Positions 22,321 through 31,946 of a DNA stretch of 64,000 nucleotides are shown here, piece by piece; within the stretch, counting starts at the first letter, position 1, and each line of letters begins with the position of its first letter. The notes beneath the pieces are model-generated. The model worked only from the letters and a program-made list of their open reading frames with translations. It searched no databases and was not told where the DNA came from. This DNA comes from Nitrosospira sp. Lineage in GTDB: Bacteria > Pseudomonadota > Gammaproteobacteria > Burkholderiales > Nitrosomonadaceae. The DNA lies in contig JBDTDT010000045.1 in NCBI GenBank assembly GCA_039922995.1, positions 16,657 to 80,656 on the forward strand, written 5' to 3'. Position numbers and translations under genes: made by a program.

Positions 22321-22704
22321 CCTTCCATATTTTCTATGCGAAGATACTTTATTGGCTGGAATGAATATTCCTGTTTGTATTTTCATCGAGAGGTGAACGA
22401 AGTCTGGACAATTTACCGTAGTAGAACTCACTCAAGGTTTTGCGGTCAACCATCGGATGCTCGCGGTTGCTTGAAATAAGAATAAATGGCGCGATCCTTC
22501 TTTCAACCCGGCGTGGAACGCAGCCGGAAATTCTTCTGGTAAGCGTTGCTGGTAAATTCCGATGCCAGTTCCCTTTTCCTCCATCTGTCATATCCAGTTC
22601 TTATCCACAGCCTTTATGTGCGGGTGACGGAAATTTTTACATCCCGGCCCGGGCCGTCTCGCTGGAACAGTTATAAGTAGCTGTATTACGCGGCTTGACA
22701 TAGC

Positions 22705-22721
22705 TTGGCATGCTATTTGCT
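22705..22721 (+). promoter_or_regulatory. sigma54 (-24/-12) promoter of the PEP-CTERM gene
   Basis: TTGGCATGCTATTTGCT fits TGGCA(C)-N5-TTGC with correct GG/GC spacing, about 45 nt before the ATG; TTTACA at 22636-22641 is a possible enhancer half-site. Confidence 0.78.
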
Positions 22722-22766
22722 TTAATGCAATTGCACCAATAACAAAAAAACTCATCGGAGATAAAA

Positions 22767-23573
22767 ATGAAAAGAATATTCGTAAAAGGGGTGTTAGCAG
22801 TAATGATTTCGGGCTTGGCCGGTACTGGTACAGCAGCCGTAATAAAGTGGGATACGGAAACGGGTTCAAGTTCGACTTCAAGAAGTTGCACAAGCGGAGT
22901 AGGGAATAACTGCACCTTTACCAAAGGTGGAGAGGTTCTCAAAGCCACTGCTTATGCAACGAACAACGATTCAGGTTCGGGCGATTTCAACAAAGCAACA
23001 ATCAATGTCTACGATGGCGGGATCGGTGTGAAGAACGCCAGTGATAGCAATGAGACCAGTTCCCCGAATCATTCAATTGATAATTATGGCAAAGATGATG
23101 TGGTGGTCTTTCAGTTTGCCAGTTCGGGGTTTGATCCTGAAAGTTTCATGATCGGCTGGAAGGACGGGAATAATGGCGATACAGATGTCCGTGCTTGGAT
23201 TGGTGGAGACAGTCTTGCTGCGGGATACGACTTCACAGGGGTTGGTTTCTCAGATCTTGCCAGCCTGGGCTTCACTCTGTTCACTTTCAACAATGTTGCC
23301 ATTGATACAGCCAAGAATTTTAATACCGCGCTCACCGGTCAATATTTGATTTTTGCACCTGCACTTTATAATACAGGAGGCGCTGATCGTAATTATGACT
23401 ATTTCAAGCTCAGCCAGATAGCCGCTCAGTATGTAGGTCCTCCCCCACAGCAGCCTGATAATCCGGTATCGGAGCCCGGTACGGCAGCCCTTCTTGGCAT
23501 TGCTTTCGTCGGTTTCTGGGCGAACAGGAGGCGGAAAAGTAACAAGGGTCACGTTCTCCCTCTTTTTTTATGA
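22767..23573 (+). CDS. PEP-CTERM (exosortase-dependent) surface protein
   Basis: Signal peptide; Ser/Thr/Asn/Gly-rich body; Pro linker, VSEPGTAALLGIAFVGFW, then RRRK; RBS GGAG. Confidence 0.87.
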   Translation: MKRIFVKGVLAVMISGLAGTGTAAVIKWDTETGSSSTSRSCTSGVGNNCTFTKGGEVLKATAYATNNDSGSGDFNKATINVYDGGIGVKNASDSNETSSPNHSIDNYGKDDVVVFQFASSGFDPESFMIGWKDGNNGDTDVRAWIGGDSLAAGYDFTGVGFSDLASLGFTLFTFNNVAIDTAKNFNTALTGQYLIFAPALYNTGGADRNYDYFKLSQIAAQYVGPPPQQPDNPVSEPGTAALLGIAFVGFWANRRRKSNKGHVLPLFL

Positions 23574-23598
23574 GATATCTCTAATCCAGAGAGAAATG

Positions 23599-23763
23599 AA
23601 TGGAGCAGGGAGGAAGGGAAATAATAATAATAATGCAGGAATCATAATAATAAGAATGGCAAAATCAGGAGCAGAGTAATATTTTCAAAATACGAAAATG
23701 TTGCTTTGATCCTGATTATTTTTTCGTCCGACTCCTGAATGGCATTTCCATTGCCGCTCCATT
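23599..23763 (+). other. Long imperfect inverted repeat (predicted RNA hairpin) downstream of the PEP-CTERM gene
   Basis: Core arms 23663-23686 and 23694-23717; outer arms AATGGAGC/GCTCCATT, GGAAAT/ATTTCC, CAGGAATC/GACTCCTG. Confidence 0.65.
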
Positions 23764-23876
23764 TCTTGGGGCATGCTGCGCTAACCCCGATTTACTTCCA
23801 ATTTTTTCTGGCGGAGAGCAAACAGGGGCGAAGCATACTTTTCAAGAAATGCGCGCCTGTCAAAGATATTCCTTCG

Positions 23877-24325
23877 CTAATGTTGATGATTTGAGGACTG
23901 CGCAGTAACGCGAATTTGATAAGCTTCGTGGCACGTACTACATTTTTTCATCGACTCGCTCAATTGGCGAAGCGTATGCTTGGGGTCCGTCAGGGATTCC
24001 GCGTCACTGGCTATCTGGTCGAAATCCTTATGGACCGACATGCCTAGCTGCATGAATTCCTTCGGCAATATCGCCTTGAGATGGCCCTCGGCCTTGTGCG
24101 TCATGCCCATACCCAGCGAACGTGCATGACGTGCCACGGCTGCCATATCTTCTCTTAAAAGTGCATCCAGAATATTCTGTGTTCCCGATAGCAAAGCCCG
24201 CATTTCGGTGAGCACATGATCCCGCTGGACTTCGTTAAATGGAAGGGTCTGGCGCGTTTATCAATTTCAGCTGCCGCCGCCGTAGCGCCTGTAAAAACCA
24301 GCGCAATGGCAAGTATCTTTCTCAA
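23877..24325 (-). pseudogene. Periplasmic c-type cytochrome with C-terminal CxxCH (class II-like), frameshifted after the signal peptide
   Basis: RBS AGGAGA, TTG 24325, signal RKILAIALVFTGATAAAA; 2-nt GC duplication at about 24251-24256; CSTCH in the second frame. Confidence 0.75.
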
Positions 24326-24644
24326 ATTAATCTCCTGTGCAAGGTTGAGGTAGAGCCTGGCCGAACTAAGGTATTGAGGAAAGGAGGAAAGGAGGAAAGG
24401 AGTTTTCCGGGATCCCCGGCTTCCAAGCTCAGCAGTCAACGGATGTCTGACCTCAAAGATTTACATTGATTCAAATCCATTACGTGTTTATCGGTATTTA
24501 TCAGGAACCGCCAGTGTTGTTCCCATACGATCCACGCATCCTGCGGCTCGACCCGCGCGTGGGCTACCACAATTTTTCAGCGGGTTTCTGCTCGGCCATG
24601 TGCAGCCTGTCATCGGGTTTACAAAGCGGGAGCCGCTTTATGCA

Positions 24645-25985
24645 CTATATGGGGGCCGCTACTTTTGCCCGCAAATCATGTGCATCGGATCCGGTAATTT
24701 CAACCTCGACAAACTCGCCCGGTCTCATATTTTTCGCGTTACTGACATAAACGAGGCCATCGATTTCAGGGGCATCGGCGGCGCTGCGGGCTATGGCTTT
24801 ATTTTTCTGTATTTCGTCTATCAGCACAGTCATGCGGTGGCCGATTTTCCGGGTAAGTCGCGCGGTACTGATTGCTTCCTGTACCGCCATGAAGCGGGCA
24901 AGGCGTTCTTCTTTTACCCCTTCCGGAACATGATCGGCCAGCGCATTCGCTGCCGCACCCTCCACCGGCGAGTAGGCAAAGCAGCCGACGCGATCCAGCT
25001 GCGCTGTCTGGAGAAATTCCAGCAGCTCCTCGAACTCAGCTTCAGTTTCGCCGGGAAAGCCGACAATGAACGTGCTGCGCAGCGTAATATCCGGACATAT
25101 TTCACGCCACCGCTTGATGCGCGCCAGGTTGTTTTCCGAACTCGCGGGGCGCTTCATGGCCTTTAGAATGCGCGGGCTGGCGTGCTGAAACGGTACGTCG
25201 AGATAGGGCAGGATTTTTCCCTCGGCCATCAGCGGTATCACTTCGTCAACATGCGGGTAGGGATAGACATAGTGCAGCCGCACCCAGACGTCAAATTCAC
25301 CGAGGGCGCGCGCCAGCTCGGTCATGCGGGTCTTGAGCGGCCTGCCCTGCCAGAAGCCGGTGCGGTATTTCACATCTACACCATAAGCACTTGTGTCTTG
25401 CGAAATTATTAATAATTCCTTGACGCCGGCGTTGACCAGATTTTCTGCTTCCTGCATGACCTGATTGATGGGACGGCTAACCAGGTCGCCGCGCATCGAG
25501 GGAATGATGCAGAAGGTACAGCGATGATTGCAGCCTTCGGAGATCTTGACATAGGCATAATGCCTGGGTGTGAGCCGTATTCCCTGGGGGGGAATCAGGC
25601 TGGTGTAAGGGTCGTGCGGCTGAGGCAAATGCATGTGTACTGCCGCCATGACTTCCGGCAGGGCTTGAGGGCCGGTGACTGCCAGCACTTGAGGATGGGC
25701 TTGTTTGACTACATCACCCCCTTCCTTTGCGCCCAGGCAGCCCGTGACAATGACTTTGCCATTTTCCGCCAGCGCTTCGCCGATGGCATCAAGCGATTCC
25801 GCTACCGCGCTGTCGATGAAGCCGCAGGTATTGATGATCACCAGATCGGCGTCTTCATAAGTAGAGGAAGTGTCATAGCCCTCGGCACGCAATTGAGTAA
25901 GAATTTGCTCGGAATCGACCAGCGCCTTGGGGCAACCGAGAGAGACGAAGCCGATTTTTGGGGATAGAGTCTTGAGAGATGGCAT
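24645..25985 (-). CDS. rimO: Ribosomal protein S12 methylthiotransferase
   Basis: [34 protein letters not shown]. Confidence 0.97.
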   Translation of the reverse strand: MPSLKTLSPKIGFVSLGCPKALVDSEQILTQLRAEGYDTSSTYEDADLVIINTCGFIDSAVAESLDAIGEALAENGKVIVTGCLGAKEGGDVVKQAHPQVLAVTGPQALPEVMAAVHMHLPQPHDPYTSLIPPQGIRLTPRHYAYVKISEGCNHRCTFCIIPSMRGDLVSRPINQVMQEAENLVNAGVKELLIISQDTSAYGVDVKYRTGFWQGRPLKTRMTELARALGEFDVWVRLHYVYPYPHVDEVIPLMAEGKILPYLDVPFQHASPRILKAMKRPASSENNLARIKRWREICPDITLRSTFIVGFPGETEAEFEELLEFLQTAQLDRVGCFAYSPVEGAAANALADHVPEGVKEERLARFMAVQEAISTARLTRKIGHRMTVLIDEIQKNKAIARSAADAPEIDGLVYVSNAKNMRPGEFVEVEITGSDAHDLRAKVAAPI

Positions 25986-26092
25986 GGATTAATATCGGGT
26001 TGCGAATAACGGATAAAATACCAAGGATATATTCTCGGCATATGAGGGATTGGGCTGGGTTAAAGATTCCGGTTTTGGGAAACCATAAAAAT

Positions 26093-26893
26093 TCAGGCGT
26101 GATGAGAGAAGAGGCTTCCGGCCAGCCAGATGGAACTGATGCCCAGCGTGATTAGCGCAACCTGCTGAACGGTTGCGGCGATTTCCGGACGTTTATGCAA
26201 ACCGGGAATCAGGTCGGACATCGCGACATAAATCATGCTGGCCGCGGCCAGCCCCAGCAGCGACGGGATGAGGTGATTCATATCCTGAAGCATGAAGTAG
26301 GTCAACAAGCCGCCGATCAGAGTGGCCACGCTGGATAAAAGATTAAAAAGCAATGCTTGCCGACGCGTATAGCCCGAGTTGAGCAAAATCAGGAAATCAC
26401 CGGCCTCCTGGGGGATTTCATGGGCGATTATGGCGATTGAGGTGACAATGCCTAGTTGTATATCCGCCATGAACGCTGCGGCAATAAGTATGCCGTCGAC
26501 AAAGTTATGAAACGTATCGCCCAGCATGATCATCATGCCGCTGCGGCCATTATCGTGATTATCCGCAGCCGCAATGATGGGGACGCCATGCAGAGGATCG
26601 TGGACCTCGCATTCTTCCACATGGCAGTGCCGCCACAATACCAGTTTTTCCAGAATAAAGAATAACAGGATGCCGAACAGTACTGTGGCCGTCATTTGCG
26701 CCGGATTTTTTGAAAGTTCGAGCGCCTCCGGCAATGCATTGAGAAAAGCGGCCCCCAGCAGTGCGCCGATAGCATATGAAACCAGCATTTGTACCCACGA
26801 GACACGTGTATTGAGTGTCAGCGCGGCAGCGAACATTACACTTAATGTTCCGCCAAACAGGGTGGTGACGATGATCCAGGCGAGAATAGACAT
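26093..26893 (-). CDS. ZIP family metal (zinc) transporter
   Basis: HNFVDG, HEIPQE, His/Cys-rich loop HCHVEECEVH, multi-TM. Confidence 0.92.
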   Translation of the reverse strand: MSILAWIIVTTLFGGTLSVMFAAALTLNTRVSWVQMLVSYAIGALLGAAFLNALPEALELSKNPAQMTATVLFGILLFFILEKLVLWRHCHVEECEVHDPLHGVPIIAAADNHDNGRSGMMIMLGDTFHNFVDGILIAAAFMADIQLGIVTSIAIIAHEIPQEAGDFLILLNSGYTRRQALLFNLLSSVATLIGGLLTYFMLQDMNHLIPSLLGLAAASMIYVAMSDLIPGLHKRPEIAATVQQVALITLGISSIWLAGSLFSHHA

Positions 26894-27000
26894 TAGAGGC
26901 AATTCATGGAAAACGCGGATTATACGCTTTTGCAGGGAGGCAGGAATCGGCGCGTCATAATGATCATATGGATGACGTCAAGATGCAGGGTATCGGCTAG

Positions 27001-27177
27001 CAGCCTGTCGGATTTAAAGGAAATTGGCTGAAAAAGTGTCTGGCTGGTCTACATTTCGCCGCTTTCTGCTCACAAAGGCCGATAGAACAACGATTGGCCT
27101 TCAAAATCGTCAAAATCATCAAAATCTATCCACACCCTGTCACATTTTCGCTTCGATTCTTCAAGTCCGTCAGGCTG
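27001..27177. mobile_element. MITE-like repeat, family A, copy 1
   Basis: Imperfect terminal IRs CAGCCTGTCGGATTT / AAGTCCGTCAGGCTG, flanked by CTAG and CCAG; similar to 61798-61957. Confidence 0.75.
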
Positions 27178-27919
27178 CCAGCCAGATCAATCCAGCCATC
27201 CGGCCCGTGTTACCGTCACGGCGATAGGAAAAAAATCTCGCCGGGTCGCTAAAGGTGCATTCGCCTCCACCGTAAATTTCGATAATTCCGGCTTTCACCA
27301 ATCGCTGCCGCGCCAATAGAAAAAGATCGGCTAACCATTTGCTGTTGGGAGCATGGTGCGGTATGAAGGCGGAAGCAGACTCCGTGTCGTGCTTGATAAA
27401 GACTTGACGCACCTCTTCGCCTACCTCGAAATGATGCGGCCCTATTGCCGGACCGAGCCATGCCATGATGCGGGTGTTTATACCGCTTGTCTGGACTATC
27501 TCCGATACCGTGCGTTCAATCACCCCCTCAGCCAATCCGCGCCAGCCGGCATGGATTACGCCAACCATGGTGCCGGCATGATCGCATAATAATATCGGCA
27601 GGCAGTCGGCGACAAGTACCGCGCAGACAATGCCGGTACATCGGCTGAATGCGGCGTCGCCATCACATGGAATTGTGCGTTCATGGACATTGAGCATGAC
27701 AGGCGTCGTGCCATGCACCTGTCTCAGCCATTGAGGCTCGTCCGGCAAAATGCGGCGCAGCACGGCGCGGTTTTGCCTTACGGCTGGGGGAGCGTCGCCC
27801 ACATGATCGCCAAGGTTGAGGCTGGTGTAGCGTCCACTGCTGACTCCGCCATTACGCGTGGTAAACAGGGCTTTCACATTGCCCGGCGCAGGCCAGTCAG
27901 GAATGATCCAGTCGTTCAT
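27170..27919 (-). CDS. pgeF: Peptidoglycan editing factor / YfiH-type nucleoside phosphorylase
   Basis: SLNLGDHVGD, QVHG, ADCLP, HAGWRG, FFSYRR; downstream of rluD. Confidence 0.94.
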   Translation of the reverse strand: MNDWIIPDWPAPGNVKALFTTRNGGVSSGRYTSLNLGDHVGDAPPAVRQNRAVLRRILPDEPQWLRQVHGTTPVMLNVHERTIPCDGDAAFSRCTGIVCAVLVADCLPILLCDHAGTMVGVIHAGWRGLAEGVIERTVSEIVQTSGINTRIMAWLGPAIGPHHFEVGEEVRQVFIKHDTESASAFIPHHAPNSKWLADLFLLARQRLVKAGIIEIYGGGECTFSDPARFFSYRRDGNTGRMAGLIWLAA

Positions 27920-28899
27920 ACCGGAGGGTTGACGGAAACGGAGTTCTGGTCCCGATGCTGCCGCAGCATCGACAGCAGCTTGCTCATATCTTCAGGCAAT
28001 GCTGCTTCCCACGTCATTTTCTCTCCGTGCTGCGGATGGGACAATTCCAGCCTTTGTGCGTGCAGTGCCTGTCTTGGGAAACCGGCGATCAGCCGTCCGG
28101 TATCTTGTGCGATCTTTTTTGGCTTGCCCCCATAAACCGGATCGCCCGCAAGGGGATGGCCAATGGAATGCATGTGCACGCGGATCTGATGTGTGCGTCC
28201 CGTCTCGAGGCTGCATTGGAGCAGCGTGCAGCCATCAAATTTTTCCAGCACCCGATAATGGGTTTGCGCCTCCTTGCCGCTTCCGGTCACGGCCATTTTT
28301 GTACGATGCACCGGATGTCGTCCCACCGGTGCATCAATCCATCCGTCAACCAGGATATCGCCCAGTACGAGCGCCAGATAATCGCGCTTCACAGTATGTT
28401 TTTGTAGCTGCCGCACCAGGCTCGTTTGCGCTTCCAGGGTTTTCGCTACCACGAGCAGACCACTGGTGTCCTTGTCCAACCGGTGAACGATGCCCGCTCG
28501 CGGCACTGCGCCTAATTGCGCCGCGTGATGGAGCAGCGCATTCAGCATGGTGCCCTGCCAGTTGCCGCTGCCGGGGTGAACGACAAGGCCGGCAGGCTTA
28601 TTGATGACCATAAGCACATCATCTTCATGAACTATATCTAGCGAGATGGCTTCCGCGGCATAGGCGGTCTCAATGGGAGGGTGCGATGGGGAGACCCGGA
28701 TCTTCTCTCCACCCCACAATTTCTGCCTGGGGATGGCCTTTCCGCCCTCCACATGGATCCGATTTTCCAGAATCCAGGTCTGCAAGCGGCTACGCGACCA
28801 ATCAGGCAGCAGGCGTGCCAGGGCCTGATCAAGCCGCATTCCGGCGCAATCGTGCGGGATTACAAGTTCGATGACCGTTTCAGACGATTCAGGGAACAT
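27916..28899 (-). CDS. rluD: 23S rRNA pseudouridine(1911/1915/1917) synthase
   Basis: S4-like RLDQAL, NKPAGLVVHP, GIVHRLDKDTSG, LETGRTHQIRVH; start approximate. Confidence 0.95.
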   Translation of the reverse strand: MFPESSETVIELVIPHDCAGMRLDQALARLLPDWSRSRLQTWILENRIHVEGGKAIPRQKLWGGEKIRVSPSHPPIETAYAAEAISLDIVHEDDVLMVINKPAGLVVHPGSGNWQGTMLNALLHHAAQLGAVPRAGIVHRLDKDTSGLLVVAKTLEAQTSLVRQLQKHTVKRDYLALVLGDILVDGWIDAPVGRHPVHRTKMAVTGSGKEAQTHYRVLEKFDGCTLLQCSLETGRTHQIRVHMHSIGHPLAGDPVYGGKPKKIAQDTGRLIAGFPRQALHAQRLELSHPQHGEKMTWEAALPEDMSKLLSMLRQHRDQNSVSVNPPV

Positions 28900-28951
28900 A
28901 GGCTTTGCGCTATAATGAATATATTCGTTTTTATTTAGCAGTGAATTCATC

Positions 28952-29758
28952 ATGCCACGTAGTGTAGTCTTATTTTTAGCGTTGCTGATATCGGCATGCG
29001 GCCTCTTGCCGAAGAAGGACATAGACGAGGATTCCAAGAATTGGTCCGCAAGCAAATACTATTCCGAGGCGAAATCGGAAATGAACAGCGGAAATTATTC
29101 TGCTTCTATTAAATTATTCGAAGGCCTCGAAGCACGCTATCCCTATGGACGCTATGCGCAGCAGGCACAGCTCGAGATTGGCTACGCTCATTATAAGGAT
29201 GGAGAGCAGGCTACGGCCATTGCCGCCGCTGATCGCTTCATCAAGCTGCATCCGAATCATGCGAATGTGGACTACGCATATTATCTCAAGGGATTGGCGA
29301 ACTTTAATGACGATATCGGGTTGATGGGTATCGTATCCGAGAAAATCCTCAAGCAGGATATGAGCGAGCGCGATCCGAAAGCGTCACGGGAATCATTTGA
29401 GAATTTCAGGGAACTGATTACCCGTTTCCCCAAGAGCAAGTACACGCCTGATGCGTTACAGCGAATGAAGCATCTGGTAAATGTCGTGGCTTTGAATGAG
29501 GTGCAGGTGGCGCGCTATTACATGCACCGAGGGGGCTACGTTGCCGCCGCCAATCGTGCTCAATATACCCTGAAGGAATACCCTCAGACGCCGGCGACGG
29601 AAGAAGCGCTATTCATTATGATAAAGGCTTATGATGCGCTGGGAATGACCGACTTGCGCGACGATGCCGAGCGTGTAATGATAAAAAATTTTCCTAATAG
29701 CCGTTTTTTCCCAGACTGGACGACAGCGAGCGGCGAATCGTGGTGGAAATTCTGGTAG
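28952..29758 (+). CDS. bamD: Outer membrane protein assembly factor BamD
   Basis: Lipobox ISAC; ARYPYG, FIKLHP..DYAYYLKG, VAAANRA; divergent from rluD. Confidence 0.95.
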   Translation: MPRSVVLFLALLISACGLLPKKDIDEDSKNWSASKYYSEAKSEMNSGNYSASIKLFEGLEARYPYGRYAQQAQLEIGYAHYKDGEQATAIAAADRFIKLHPNHANVDYAYYLKGLANFNDDIGLMGIVSEKILKQDMSERDPKASRESFENFRELITRFPKSKYTPDALQRMKHLVNVVALNEVQVARYYMHRGGYVAAANRAQYTLKEYPQTPATEEALFIMIKAYDALGMTDLRDDAERVMIKNFPNSRFFPDWTTASGESWWKFW

Positions 29759-29830
29759 TGCGGGAAACAGAGCAATTCCGTGTCATATTATGCAAGTGCA
29801 TGCTTCAAGCGCTGACCTTTCATAAGCTCA

Positions 29831-30286
29831 TCAGTTGCTGGCCGACTCATCTTCCAGGTGTACTGCCATGACATCGCGGCCGGCATGATGCAGTACATTA
29901 TTTGCGGTCGACCCCAGCAATAAGGCGAGCCCATGGCGCCCGTGCGAGCCGACAACAATCAGATCGATATGCTCCTGTTCGGCAACTCGAACGATTTCCT
30001 GTCCTGGCACACCCCAAACCATCCATCGGCATGCCCGGTCAATGTCGAGCTGATTGCCGATTTGCATAAACTTGAATTTCTCTTCTTCCAGCAATTCATG
30101 TGACGACTTTTCATACAGAGGAATGAGTGTGCCATAGGCCGTATCCGGCATCGGAATATTGTCCAGGACATGGATAATGCTCAACTTTGCATGAAAAACG
30201 TTAGACAGGTATTTTGCTTTCCTGGCGACATGCTTGTCATGTTCCGAAAAATCCACCGCCAATAAAATATGCTGATAGCTATCCAT
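29831..30286 (-). CDS. Universal stress protein
   Basis: YQHILLAVDFS; DLIVVGSHGRHGLALLLGSTA. Confidence 0.93.
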   Translation of the reverse strand: MDSYQHILLAVDFSEHDKHVARKAKYLSNVFHAKLSIIHVLDNIPMPDTAYGTLIPLYEKSSHELLEEEKFKFMQIGNQLDIDRACRWMVWGVPGQEIVRVAEQEHIDLIVVGSHGRHGLALLLGSTANNVLHHAGRDVMAVHLEDESASN

Positions 30287-30474
30287 GGCTTCTTTTTTGA
30301 AAATCCGATCCGGCGTTCGCTGCTACGCATTTTCCGGAGTACGACCAACAGGCAAGTGCCTATCAATTCCTCGAAAAAAGGGTCATCGCAGTTCAAGAAT
30401 TTTCAGCAGGCTTCCCGCAGTATTGTAAAACTTTGTAAGTATAGCTCAACGAGGCGTCCGGCCGATGTAGAATT

Positions 30475-31146
30475 TCAGCTGTTCCCACGTGCAATGGACT
30501 GCTGAGAATCAAGCATTGTCCGTAGTACTTTCCATACATTTTCCACAATTTTTATTTGTGCGTGAGCGTTCGGATGTATGCCGTCTGCCTGAAAGAATTC
30601 ACGCTTGTCGCCAAAGCCGTCCAACAGGAATGGAACCAGTTTGAGCTGATGACGTTTCGCCAGCTGCGGATAAATATCCTGAAACTTTTGCGTGTATGCT
30701 ATGCCATAATTGGGTGGCAGCTGCATCCCGGCCAACAGCACTGCAGCTTTGTTTCGCAGGCAGGCTTCAATGATTGCTTCAAGGTTGTCACGAATGGATT
30801 CGATGGACGCACCACGCAATCCGTCATTGCCCCCAAGCTCGATAATGACGATGTCCGGCCGGTGGGTTTTAAGCGCCTGCTCGATACGATTGCGTCCACC
30901 CGATGCGGTTTCGCCACTGATGCTGTTGTTAATCAGGTAAGCCGGGGATTGCGTTTGCAGCCTTTTTTTCAGCAGACTGACCCATCCAGCTTCCTGCGGC
31001 AGGCCATAGCCTGCAGACAAACTATCACCGAATACCATAATAGTCGTGGTTGCGGATTTGACTGCAGGTACGGGCGCGCCTGCTGCACCTGCGTTGGCGG
31101 GTAGCGTATTTAAAAGTATACACAGAATAACCAGGAAATTTTTCAT
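30475..31146 (-). CDS. tesA: Arylesterase / acyl-CoA thioesterase I (SGNH hydrolase)
   Basis: GDSLSAGYG, SISGET, ELGGNDGLRG, DGIHP; signal peptide from ATG 31146. Confidence 0.92.
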   Translation of the reverse strand: MKNFLVILCILLNTLPANAGAAGAPVPAVKSATTTIMVFGDSLSAGYGLPQEAGWVSLLKKRLQTQSPAYLINNSISGETASGGRNRIEQALKTHRPDIVIIELGGNDGLRGASIESIRDNLEAIIEACLRNKAAVLLAGMQLPPNYGIAYTQKFQDIYPQLAKRHQLKLVPFLLDGFGDKREFFQADGIHPNAHAQIKIVENVWKVLRTMLDSQQSIARGNS

Positions 31147-31831
31147 GTCGGATAACTTTGTAATAAAGCCTATTGTGCAGGCAACTGCCTTGACCAAGCA
31201 AGTCAGCACCGGTGAGGTACAGCTTACCATTCTGGAGGACATCAATCTGGAAGTAAATGCAGGCGACTCCGTTGCCGTGGTGGGAACATCAGGTTCGGGC
31301 AAGTCGACTTTGCTGGGACTGCTGGCGGGATTAGATACTCCATCCAGCGGCAAGGTTCATCTCGATGGCGAAGATATTTTCTTGCTGGATGAAGACGCCC
31401 GGGCGGGGTTGCGAGGGCGCATGCTGGGCTTTGTTTTCCAGTCATTCCAGTTATTGCCCGCATTGACAGCGATTGAGAATGTCATGTTGCCGCTGGAACT
31501 TGCCGGCGCAAGCAACGCCGGCATCGCTGCATTGGAATTACTGGAACGAGTCGGGCTGGGAATGCGCCTGAAGCATTATCCGAGGCAGCTTTCCGGGGGA
31601 GAGCAACAGCGAGTTGCCATCGCGCGCGCGTTTGTGACTCAGCCGCAATTATTGCTCGCCGATGAACCTACCGGCAATCTGGATTCCGCCACCGGTGCAC
31701 AAATCATAGAACTCATGTTTGAGTTGAACCGTGAACGCGGCACGACGCTGGTTCTGGTGACGCATGACGAGGCTATTTCCAGCCGCTGCGCCTGGCGAGT
31801 ACGGCTGGCGGGGGGGAAGGTCGTAAATTGA
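31145..31831 (+). CDS. ybbA: ABC transporter ATP-binding protein (YbbA type)
   Basis: GTSGSGKST, FVFQSFQL, LSGGEQQRVA, ADEPTGNLD; divergent from tesA with overlapping start codons. Confidence 0.88.
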   Translation: MSDNFVIKPIVQATALTKQVSTGEVQLTILEDINLEVNAGDSVAVVGTSGSGKSTLLGLLAGLDTPSSGKVHLDGEDIFLLDEDARAGLRGRMLGFVFQSFQLLPALTAIENVMLPLELAGASNAGIAALELLERVGLGMRLKHYPRQLSGGEQQRVAIARAFVTQPQLLLADEPTGNLDSATGAQIIELMFELNRERGTTLVLVTHDEAISSRCAWRVRLAGGKVVN

Positions 31832-31946
31832 CTGGATGCAGAGATTCCAACCGGTACAGCGGCGTTGCCAAGGCATGTACCCAGGCTAAAAAATGCCACT
31901 TCGCCTTTTTGCCGGGAACCGGACAATATCCTGGAAAATTTTTTTG

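Noticed and set aside
22601-22609. Perfect DnaA box TTATCCACA
   Set aside because: Single box, no cluster, and no dnaA/gidA context; not an origin
23596-23679. Short ORF MNGAGRKGNNNNNAGIIIIRM, considered as a leader peptide
   Set aside because: Asn/Ile runs arise from the AAT repeats and no co-oriented biosynthetic gene follows
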